A stretch of 63,073 nucleotides of DNA, counting the filler, from Pelomyxa schiedti (Eukaryota > Protista > Evosea), in assembly GCA_020536535.1 (NCBI GenBank). It is 14 parts of 14 records of this genome, joined end to end, with 100 filler letters (N's around TTAATTAATTAA, not from the genome) between each part and the next. Parts side by side here need not be neighbours in the genome. Positions count along the whole stretch, not along the records: positions 24,678 to 28,087 come from JAHLWZ010001743.1; positions 28,188 to 35,811 come from JAHLWZ010001348.1; positions 35,912 to 49,610 come from JAHLWZ010000356.1; 11 more parts are not named here. One strand, given 5' to 3'. Shown piece by piece: positions 25,020 to 41,753 of this stretch (its first letter is position 1; every line of letters begins with the position of its first letter). Under the pieces are notes generated by a model. That model searched no databases, had not been told where the DNA came from, and was given only the letters and a program-made list of their open reading frames with translations. Position numbers and translations under genes: made by a program.

Positions 25020-25841
25020 TTGTATGGGCTGAGGCCCAATCAATACTTTCGAAGCATCGAAGAAGCCTCCTACAACATATTACCGGCCCCGAGGGCGAAA
25101 GAGTTAAGTTTTCTATGGGTCTGCTCAACAACCAAAAAAACAAAAGAGCAGACCCGTAGAAAACTTAACTCTTTCGCCCTCGTTGTTCACCCAGTCACGG
25201 CTAACTTTCAACGATTGGACTGTCACTCCCACTCCCCCTCTGACCCCCAGGAGTCAGTCTCCTGTACGACCCCATGTCCCTCGTTCCAGGCAAAAACGCG
25301 TTGGCGATTCTGGAATATGACCAAAGGCCATTGCAGGATGAGTGGACGGTTCCTCCTGCCCTCGGTCGAGCCCAACGCGATCTCCTGTGGTGCCGTACCT
25401 CATGCCGAAGTTGTTCTGGACCGTTTGATTCGTTTCAACAAAGAAGATATTCTGGAGAAGATGTACAAAGACCTTACTATTATCCCATTGCTCTACAACA
25501 GGCCATACCCCCACTCAGTGTATGATATGGAAGATACCGGCATCATCGTGAAACGTTACAATACAACGTTCCCAGACGGCGAATCTATGCCATATCATAG
25601 GCAATGGTGGATTGCTCTCAGGAGGTGGACTGCGACTGAGGCCTGTGAGTTCTCTACCAACGTACAGAGGTATGTGAATAGACGGTCAGCGGATGACTAC
25701 ACAGTAATCACAAGAGGAGACTCCCCCTATGAGTGCACATGGTCTACATTTCACCCCTGCATGCTTGACACATCACCCTTCAGGTCTCTGTTGGACTGGA
25801 CCCAAGTCTTTTCTGCATGGTCATGTGGGGAACAAGCATGA
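25020..25841 (+). CDS. Hypothetical ORF (273 aa) containing a hairpin; coding status uncertain
   Basis: Long intronless open frame with no recognisable motif; downstream continuation is degenerate. Confidence 0.3.
   Translation: MYGLRPNQYFRSIEEASYNILPAPRAKELSFLWVCSTTKKTKEQTRRKLNSFALVVHPVTANFQRLDCHSHSPSDPQESVSCTTPCPSFQAKTRWRFWNMTKGHCRMSGRFLLPSVEPNAISCGAVPHAEVVLDRLIRFNKEDILEKMYKDLTIIPLLYNRPYPHSVYDMEDTGIIVKRYNTTFPDGESMPYHRQWWIALRRWTATEACEFSTNVQRYVNRRSADDYTVITRGDSPYECTWSTFHPCMLDTSPFRSLLDWTQVFSAWSCGEQA
25090..25182. repeat. 37-bp inverted repeat with a 19-nt A-rich loop
   Basis: CGAGGGCGAAAGAGTTAAGTTTTCTATGGGTCTGCTC / GAGCAGACCCGTAGAAAACTTAACTCTTTCGCCCTCG, one T-G pair. Confidence 0.95.
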
Positions 25842-26900
25842 ATGTCACATTGGAATTACAACATTTTGGGGTGTTGCCTTGATGGTATTGTGAGGTGGTA
25901 GACAATTTTTTTACTATTCAGTGGATGAGATTGGATCAGACCAAGGACGAAGCCAAAACTGAAGAGCTTATTCTTGGCTGACACCCACATGGAACTTTTT
26001 CCGTGTCCAGTTACTTGGGCACTTGATATGAATCACAAACTGAGTTTTGACTGGAAGCTGCAGGATATACAATCAAAATCAGCAAGAAGGCGCAGAGTCA
26101 CCTACCTTTCCATATTGCATCTTATTATGCTTTTAAAGCTTGGCATGTTGCTAGTGAAGACCAAGACAAACCTACATTTTCATACCCTAAGTTTTTAGAG
26201 TCTGTAATATCCTCATTTCAATTCTTTATTTACCACTCCACAGTGTAAAGACAATCATTATTTGCGGACTCTTTTTGTGCCCATATTGTCTAGAAAAGCT
26301 TGATGCTGTATACAAACTTCTTAGTGATGGTTTATAAATAATACTTAAGCTGATTCATTTTTAGATTATAAATAAAGTTCACCAGCAGTATCCCAACTCT
26401 GAATTGAAGGCTTCGATGCATTTTTTTGCTCCACATCATGGACACTCCATCTGTGATAAAAACAACACAGTGTTTGTGAAGAGACTACCTTGGATAAAGA
26501 TAGTCTCTTAAAGTTACTGTAAAGTTTTGTTTTAGTCGCGGCTTTTACCCCCACCCACAACAGACGGGGTTCCATTCCAGCCAAACCAATTTTTTTTTAA
26601 ATTTGCCGAAATCTGAGCGTGGTTCCTTGACGAGGCAAAACGCATTTAGAGCACGCTGCTAGAGAGTACCACCGATAGTACTGTCCTTTGACACCACAAT
26701 GGGCATGTTTTTGGTCCGAACAGAGGCCAAGTTTAGGGGCAAATAAAAACTTGAGATCCAGATTCATTTTTTTCTTTGCTGGTGAATTAACTCAATAATT
26801 AAAAAAGCGGTCAATCCTCTTTAAAATAATAAAAAGTCAATTCAGAAATTTTTTTCCTTCATAATTCAATTTTTTACTTTCGTAACACGAGCAGGCAAGC

Positions 26901-28087
26901 ATGCAGAGTACCTCTACTACCGGGCGGGCAAAGCGATCCGCGAAGCCGAAAGCACAAGAAGAAGGCACCCAAGCGGCGCCGAAGACGGCAGAGGAGGCAC
27001 AGCTTCGACTACAAGAAATGGCGGCTGGCAAAGGGAGCAACGACGCGCGCAAGTACGACAGGAAGAGAAGGAGGAACAATAAGAAGCACGACCAAGAGAA
27101 CAACGCGCCCGATCAGCCGCCCCAGAAGGAAGTTCAAAAAAAGGGCGGGCGCCGTAAGGGCGCCGAGAACAAGGAAGGCAAGCTGAGGTGGCGCCAAGTC
27201 CACCCCACTGCCGAAGACGCCCGCCGCAGGCGCCTGCCTTGGGAGCACCCTGAGCTACCAGTCGTTGTGCCCTCTGGATTGAAGTGGCAGACAGCTGACC
27301 CCAAGGATGGTCCGCAAATTCGCCCCAAATGGATCGAGAACTGGGAAAGAACCAAACTGCCTATCGACCCTCGCACATCAGCAAACAAGCCCCTGTCTCG
27401 AGGTAGCAAGGTCCGTGCACGTGGAGGAAGGGCAGCGTCTTCGGCTGCTTCTGCAGAACCTGTTCCCGTGAGCCCCACTTACACTGAGGATGCTGCTCAA
27501 ATTGGTGAATCGGAACCCAGTGAATCTGAAATGGATCCATCTTGCGCTCAGAATGAGATCCTTGGCATTAGTGGTACAGAAGAACTCCAGGTGAATACAG
27601 AAGCAGCAGGAGATCCTCAAAATTTACTGAAGGCTCAGGGGGAAGTATCGGCAGACGTTATGCCGAAGATTCGAGAAGTCCCTCCGGACTTCCGTGCGTG
27701 TAATTTTATCATTCAAATTGAGCTAAAACCCTTTTGTTAGGTATAGAGCCCTTCCCGCCCAAACCAGGAAGAACAAGACATAACAAACCTTTCCTGCGAG
27801 ATTTTCCAGCATGCTTCAAGCCCATCCGCCTTCTCCCACGCTCGGACTTAGAGAAACACGTGGGATTCAAGTCAAAACACGCCGATCGATGGGCAGGTAA
27901 CAAAACAATATAGGATATTCTTTTTCTGACATATTCCTAGCTATACATCAAGTCATGGCTACTTACGGCCCTGACCCTGTATGGAAAAAGGCATTCATTA
28001 CACACTAACCCTCCCATAGGCTCTATTGGAATATATTCAATGGAAAGCGAATTGTGTGTGGGGTGATCAAACTCCTCTCACGAGCCC
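26901..28087 (+). CDS. Hypothetical protein with a basic, disordered N-terminus; multi-exon, 3'-truncated
   Basis: 279-aa first ORF with NLS-like RKRRRNNKK; further short exons bounded by GT..AG. Confidence 0.55.
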
Positions 28088-28187
28088 NNNNNNNNNNNNN
28101 NNNNNNNNNNNNNNNNNNNNNNNNNNNNNNNTTAATTAATTAANNNNNNNNNNNNNNNNNNNNNNNNNNNNNNNNNNNNNNNNNNNN

Positions 28188-34473
<6,286 letters not shown>

Positions 34474-34667
34474 ATCCAACAGAATTAAATATGCATATTG
34501 CAATTGGCACCATTAAAATTTTGCAAAGTTTAATCACATGGTTTATTTACATTTTTTAAAAAAAACCTCCTGCTTCGGTGTCATCCTGTGGAACTTGAAT
34601 TCACAGTGACTCAAATATTCTGAAACCTGTGCCAATGTGTAGCACATGTGAACAGTGCAACCAGAAA

Positions 34668-35486
34668 CTATGGTTCACTGGCATTTGATTCCGCAGGGTG
34701 GTCATTGGCATGCAGGCACCTGTCCACCATTGTTCTGAAATCACTGGCCACTTGATCAGCATCCCCAGGTAACAGATTCCCAGCCAGCGTGACCCTAAGG
34801 CATTTTTTCAGTAAAAGAAAATAAAATAGAAATGAACTATGCATACCGGTCTCCTGATTTGATGGTTATTGTGATCTTGCTGTTACAGCAAGAACAATTG
34901 TGTGGCTCAATATCCACATGATCAATGTCCTCAAACTTAAACTTATAATACCTTTGCGTGAGTAAGTAGTTACTTTTAAGGGTGCTTTTCGGCACGGAAA
35001 ATACAGACATAGAACTCACGTTGAGCAGCAACATCCACAGCATCCCGGCTGCTTCTCTGCTATAATTTTCTTCGATTTTGTGTAAACGTGTGCATCCCAG
35101 AAATCACCAAGAAACCACGACCAAAACCTTTCCAAATAAGCAAGAGCAAAGAGGAACCACAAAACTTACGTCAAAGGGCAGAGGTAAGCAGTGCCGTACG
35201 CTATAACTAGCGGTCAGAACAAAATCCAGGTATAGGAAAGTCCCATAAGTGACACAATAAACAAAAAAAAAAAAAAAAACACACCAAAGCCCAACCAAAA
35301 ACTATTCACAGCGTGGCCGTGTGTCACGCCGTATTCATCAAAATCAAAACTCCCCTTGAAGTCTGTGAGGTCGATTCCGGGGCCCGAACCGCCGTCGTCC
35401 TGAGCATCATCCGATTCAGATGGTTTGGTTTTTCCAGTGGGACTTGCGGCATCATCCATTGCAATGACTTCTGGTCCCGATGCCAT
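34668..35486 (-). CDS. Small membrane protein (two hydrophobic segments and a short beta-rich soluble domain), multi-exon
   Basis: MASGPEV.. exon, hydrophobic exons, then YYKFKFEDIDHVDIEPHNCSCCNSKITITIKSGD; convergent with the BEACH gene. Confidence 0.55.
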
Positions 35487-36210
35487 TCGTTGGTTGTCGG
35501 TTGGCTCACTGGCGCCCCAACCACTTCTGCTGCCTTTTCCAACCTACAGATCCCTGTACCGAAACCTGCCAGTGCGAGTCCCAAAGTTGGGTGGCCATGG
35601 AGAAGAGGGAATTGATCGCACAAATAACGTGCCCGTGTTGCTCCTCGTTCTTGCGTGACCCAAGGTTTTCGTCGTTCCGCCCTTCCCCTTGTTCCCCTCG
35701 CCGTTGACGTGATGACACCCACACAGGTTGCTTCCATGCTTGCACACGTTGTGTCTCGAGTGCATCCCAAAATGCGCACCAGGTGCGTCCCCGAATTCCA
35801 AGGCCTCCGCGNNNNNNNNNNNNNNNNNNNNNNNNNNNNNNNNNNNNNNNNNNNNTTAATTAATTAANNNNNNNNNNNNNNNNNNNNNNNNNNNNNNNNN
35901 NNNNNNNNNNNCGACGCTCGGTTGTTGTTGAACGAGCCGTTCCCTCGTTGTGTTGAAGTTGGCCGACACGTAAAGGTTCCACCCGCTCATTCTGTGGGAA
36001 CAACCAGCTAGTGTGCAGTTAGAAGATAGATTTCTCTCTTGAGAGTGTATGGTTTGTGTTGGGACTGAGCGTCTGATGGGGGGGCACGCGATACCAGATA
36101 CCAGATGATTTTTGTTTGTGTGTCTTCTTTCTTCGAATCAAAAAATGGTTTTTTGGGGTTGGTCCCTGGCACACAATTGAAAGTGATGACTTTTATGCCT
36201 GCGGAGGCGA

Positions 36211-36756
36211 TCAATGATTATCTGGTGAAGTGAACTGTGCGAGTGCGTCATGGGCAGAGACCCTTGTGGCCTTTTCTGGGTTCATCATTCCAATCATAAC
36301 CCTTTCATTTCATCAGGTGTTATGATGGTGTCTCGGGTAGGGGATGGGGCCACTGATGAAGGTGAAAGGGACGATGGTAAGTGTAGAGGGAAGGAACTGA
36401 CGAGGGACTCGGTGCTGAACACACTCATGTCGTGGAATGTGTTGTTGTGCCCAATGAACTTGTGGTCAGGTGGGAGCAGTGCATCATAAAACGCGAGGGC
36501 CAGTGCAAAAGAGTCACACTTGGAGTACGAGAACACAGCACTGCTGCCCCTAACAAGGCTCTTCAGCAGTGCACTGAGCTCTGGTGGCATTGTGCCAGGG
36601 CTTCCCCATGGCTGCGATGTTGTTGACACTGTAAGCTGGAGGTTGGTGTTGGGGCAGTGCTGAGCCTCACCAAAATCAATCACTGTAAGTTTTCCAGTGC
36701 TGGGGTCAACAAGAATGTTATCTCCCTTGATGTCCCTGTGTGTGTGATTGTGGGTC

Positions 36757-36792
<36 letters not shown>

Positions 36793-38772
36793 GAAAAAAG
36801 AAACCTGTGCACAATGGAACATGACTCAATGTGGTGGACTGCCCTGAGTCCTTGGATGAAGAGGTTGATAAGAACAGGGCACTTGGAGTTGTCAATTGGC
36901 AAGAAGGAAAAAAAGAACAAGGGCAAGGTGATGCCAACGTAGGGCATGAGGATGCAAAGGGATTTGTTGTGGCACAGTTCCCGGTAAACTGTCTTTTCCA
37001 CAGGAATTTTCTCCATGTACTCACAAGGTAGGCTTTTTGTTTGTTAACACGAAAAGAATTTGTTGTTATTTCAATCTACCTAATTAACTGAAAATATATT
37101 TTGGTATACCTTGGCATCACCATTGCACCAAGAGGGTGGATCACATTTGGATGATTTGGAACCAACGAGAGGATGACACACTCAGCCATGTATTTCTGTC
37201 TCAGCAGTGTCTGGTTTGTGGTGCTCTCCAAGTTGAAAAGTACCTTCATTACCATTTCCCTTGTTTCTGCTGGTATTGAACTTGATGACACTGACTGGGA
37301 AATGGGGTTGTGGTATTGAACTTTGAAGGCAACTGCATTGGAACCAGTCCCGAGGAGTTTCTCAACACTAAAATCACTGGCTGTTGCTGAAATTAGTGAT
37401 ACCATTGTGTTTACAATGCCTCGAGTTTCCATGAGCACTTCCCTTAGATTCGGCTCTCCCCAAGTTCTTGCTTCTGCTTCATCAAGACACCTCTGAAGTT
37501 GGGTCTTCTCACTTTGCAGCTTTTTTGTGTGAGTCCTCCGGTAGTTTGTTTTCTCCTCTTACCTCTTCAATTCTTCTGGCTAATTCGTCTACTCTTCTGT
37601 TTAAAGAAGCACTCTAAGTATGTTTAAGATAAGACTGCGCCAACCTTGTATCCTCTGGATATTTCAATTTCTTCTCCAAGAGCCTTCTTCAGGTGAATCG
37701 TAGTAGCATCATTGCTCTGTCCATTCTCAATGAATTGCTCTCCTGGATGAGGTTGAGGAGGAACCACCAGAGAGAGAAGTGCCCTTGACGCCTCCTTGTG
37801 ACCAAGTAGAGCAGCCTTCTCAAACCAGAAATGTGACTTGGAAAGGTGAGGTTCCACACCATCGCCATCACTGAGGCACACACCAAGGTGAAACATTGAA
37901 ATGCAATCCCCACCTTCAGCTCCCATCAGGAAAAAAGCGGCAGCCCTGACCCTGTCTGTTTCTGGGCCACAGTCACCTCTCTGGAGATACACTCCCAGCT
38001 CTCCCAGTGCCTCAGCTGCCTCTGGTCCCTTGTTCCCCTCATTGTACAACTCACAAGCCTTGTGCAGGTCACCACCAGGGCTGATTTCCTGGCAGTACCC
38101 AAGGAACACATGGGCTGCAGAGCCATAACTTACACGTTTACAAGCAGCCTCAAGCAATGCCAGTGCCTTTGCCACATCCTTTCTCACACCGCATCCCCAC
38201 AGGTAACACCACGCCAGATGTGCATCTGCACCACCCTTGGAGCTGGACTGCTTAAAGAGGGTCACTGCCTTGGCCCGGTCTCTTGGCACACCCTCTCCCT
38301 GGAAGTGACACACTCCAAGCATCCAGGCACTTTCGAGGGCATCACGATTTGCTGCAGCAGTGTAGAGTGCAACAGCTTTGACTGGATCGCGCTCCACTCC
38401 AACACCATGGAGGTGGCACCACCCCAGCTTGCACATGGACTTCGGGTCATCCAGGTTTACAGCCTTACTCCACAGTGACACGGCCTTGTCTACATCACAC
38501 AGTACGCCATTTCCGCGGAAGAAGTGGTCTGCCATGTCCTGCAGGAATCTTCCATCGCCAGCCTTCTTGAACCAGTGCTCTGCCTTGTCAGGGTCCTTAT
38601 TCACGCCATAGAAGCCGTATTGATACCCCAAGGCAAGGTGGTGCATTGCTTTCTTGTGTCCCCTGGCTGCAGCCTCCTGCAGGAGTGAAACCCCTTCGCT
38701 GGTATCACTGTAGTCCCTTCCACTTTTCCCCCACCTGTCATGCAGATAATACTCCATTGCAAGTTGAAGCAT
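36211..38772 (-). CDS. SEL1-repeat + coiled-coil + Ser/Thr kinase (PINK1-like catalytic domain)
   Basis: SEL1 repeats (AMHHLALGYQYGFYGVNKD, LGWCHLHGVGVERD); kinase motifs LGTGSNAVAFK, MKVLFN, HPNVIH, HRDIKGDNIL, DFG, GTMPPE, YSKCDSF. The 5' end is degenerate and the last subdomain is in a shifted frame. Confidence 0.85.
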
Positions 38773-39549
38773 GGCCCCTGTGTCACCCTTGCTGACGCAC
38801 TTGTTGCGCTCATTGTTTCAAAACCCCACAGTAACGTAGAGATCAAAAAGAGCACTTGCAAGTTGAAGCATTGCTGCTTTCAGCTGAATTGAATAGTGTC
38901 CACCTTGCAGCATTGCTGCTGAGCTGCGCATTTGCTTTTCCAGGTATGTGCAATTGCCATAAGAGTATATATTGATCTGACTTGCACATTGCAGTGTTCA
39001 GAGCTTGTGCAGATGCTTGGAAATGATGCGTTGGTCCGCCTCAGAATATTATTGCTCATGGCGGTCCTAGAGCAAGTGCTAGATTGCTCGCAATGCTCTC
39101 GTTGCTGAGCTACTGATTCTTGGCAAAGATAGGTATGTTCAGCTCCTCAGAGATTTGCTCTAACTCAAGAAATAGGTCCGATTTGAAAACAATAGAATTC
39201 TGAGCAATTTCCATGCTTGGCGAACATTGTGGCTTCCTTGCCTTGGTTTCCTTGCTGGTGTTTTCGCATTTCCCATGCTTACAGGTGCCTCCTGTGTGTG
39301 CAGTGCCATTCTCGAATTTGCACCTATGCTGTGTGCAGACTTTGTGTCAGAATCGCCAGAAATTCCTCAGGTTGTCTATCTTGCACTGCCTCCAATTTGA
39401 GCAAGGTAATGCCATTCTTTTCGTAGATGTCAAACTAACTTCATGCAGAAGATTCTAGTGCCTCCAGATGATATGAATATCAGCATAGATTCTGGCTTGG
39501 TGTCCAGATCTCTCAGGCTGTGCATCCATCATGAGATGGTGCATGCAGT

Positions 39550-40620
39550 CTAGTATAGGGTGGATGTATTCTCCTGAATCACACAAAACCAAGAGTATGG
39601 GTCAAGTGACATGCAACGGCCAGTTACTTCCTTGACAATAACACCGTCACCCGTTGTTTGCATGTTATCAGAGCTGTATTCTGTGAGGACGAAACAACAG
39701 GCACCATTCTTCTTCCTCATCACAAAGGGGAATGTGAGATCACAAACAAAGGGAGATGGCCAGTGGGTGATGCTGAGAGAAGAGAGTGGACCATTTGAGT
39801 GGGTCTGCTCAACATCAATTACAATGGCAATGATTGACAATTCCAGCGAACGTGGCTTCCTGAGGAGGACAAGAAGCAGCTCATCAAACCTGAGGGCCTT
39901 TGCTCATCGAACCTGAGGGAGCCAGCACTCAGTGTGTCACAATCAGCAATGATGTCCAGTGGAACCTTGTGATGGGATAATCCACTGCTCCTGTTGTTGT
40001 CATCATCGAAACGATGAAAAAGCAGCACTTTCTCACCATCCACTCCACAACCAAACAGAACCATCCACTTTGAGTTCACTGCTTGCCCCATCCACTGGCT
40101 TCTGAACCACTCAGGCTCCTCACAAACAACAACGCCTTCCTCCATCCTCTTCCACACCCCTGATCCCGCATCAGCAGCACTGCACAGTCTCCATCTTCTC
40201 ACCAGCCCTGCATGGGCTGTTTCTGGTGCAGTGCTGCCGCCACCACCATGACCGCCACTCTCCACCACAACCTCCAAGTACCTCGTGTCATCCCGCCACA
40301 GGGAGCCACACGGCCCTGTCCTGTATCTCACCCACGATGCTGAGCAGCAGTGGTGACACCCTCACACACAAGCACCTCTCCCCAGCAACAGACTCCTTGT
40401 CGTCCTGCCTGGCAGTGGCCACCACCAAGTCCCACACCAGCCTGGCCACAATGTGGCCCTCTGTCGCAAGCACAGTTTTTGTTGCAGTTGCTGTGGTGCC
40501 TGTCGTGTTTACCGTCACTGTGACGTCACCTGGAAGAAAGCAACAGCCAACGCACCAAGTTGGTCACGGGCCCACAGGGTGCTGCCACCCCACAGCTCAA
40601 ACTCTGCATGCCGAAGAACA
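39550..40620 (-). pseudogene. Frameshifted member of the lineage-specific paralog family
   Basis: ARLVWDLVV..VRVSPLLLSIV..VNSKWMVL; pieces lie in three frames (40288-40518, 39819-40331, 39550-39840). Confidence 0.5.
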
Positions 40621-41176
40621 CAGCCAACAGTGGAGGTCCAAGAACAAAAAGGAATGAGTTCACTCGGCACTTTATTTATTTTGTTGTGATGATGGTTGAG
40701 TTGGTGGGCTCAGTGTTGTGTTGCCTTTGTCGTGTCGAGAAAATCAGGCACAAGGACAATCAATGATGAGAGTGGTTCAGGAATGGCCACAACAACACAG
40801 CCTGACGACGACGCCAAACCACTGTGATTTCAGATCACACCTAGAGTGGGTTCCAAGCTTTTTGTTCCCAAAGGGTGGTAATTCCGTCAAGCCTTCATTG
40901 GATCTCGAGATTCAGACAGAGTCCGCATAGTGTCCATAGAGCAGCGTGGACTGATTTAGATTCCCGTTGCAGCAAGTCATCAAGCAACCATTCGGCAAAA
41001 AAAAACATGAAGAAGTGGCTGGAGCACGGAGCTGGGTGTCGTGATGTTATCTAGCTTAAAAACATGCAATAGTGGACTTAAGGGGGTTCTATTTTCTTCG
41101 TAAACTACTTTATTCTAAGGGTCCTAAGGCTTGGGTGATGGTGACGTCATATCTATTGTGGCACATGTTGAGTATT

Positions 41177-41519
41177 GTGTGATTCTGCGAACACACAGGC
41201 AAACTGTGCGCAAGGCGCACTCGCGAGACTCGAGACTGGAGACTTGGAGGCTGAGTCATCACTTACCAAGTTCGGAAATCAAGTTCACAGAAAGATCATC
41301 GAGATCCCCAAGACCTTTCCCTTGACTTTGGAATCCTTTATAAACGCACACCGAGTCACCTCATTTCTATACAAATATACAAAATATACAAAAAACCTCA
41401 ACACAAACACAATAACCTATACCCCAAATGTATCCATCCATTCCAAGATGAATAAAATACTTTGTGCCTCTTTGTTCTCTTTTGGTGCAGTTTCCCACTG
41501 AAGGAAACAGTATGTTGGC
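41177..41519 (+). repeat. Dispersed ~340-bp repeat, copy 1 (inverted copy at 45791-46130)
   Basis: Near-identical sequence on opposite strands; both translate as CDSANTQANCAQG.LARLETGD.. Confidence 0.9.
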
Positions 41520-41617
41520 ACCAAAACCGGTGATGCCGGATATGCGACTGTCTCGAGGAGGCAAAGAAAAGGCTCCTTCTAGGAATAAGCAAAGGGATTG
41601 GCCTCATCACTCCCAAA

Positions 41618-41681
41618 TCACTCCCAAAATGGGAAATGTCTCTGGGAACTCTCTCCCGGGAGACATTTCCCATTTGGGTGA
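41618..41681. repeat. Short hairpin just upstream of the ankyrin-kinase ATG
   Basis: AAATGGGAAATGTCTC / GAGACATTTCCCATTT form a perfect 16-bp stem with further imperfect pairing. Confidence 0.85.
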
Positions 41682-41753
41682 AAACAGCACTGTCATTCGA
41701 CTCGAAACCCAAAGTAAACAATAAAACCCTTTCTTTCTACAGCCTTGTGTCTC

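Noticed and set aside
26366-26500. Rab GTPase (WDTAGE)
   Set aside because: Isolated motif with no P-loop or NKxD; at best a tiny remnant
38870-39550. Degenerate transposase (also 25-551, 19010-19450 and 59060-59950)
   Set aside because: Coding-like but riddled with stops, with no catalytic motif I can support
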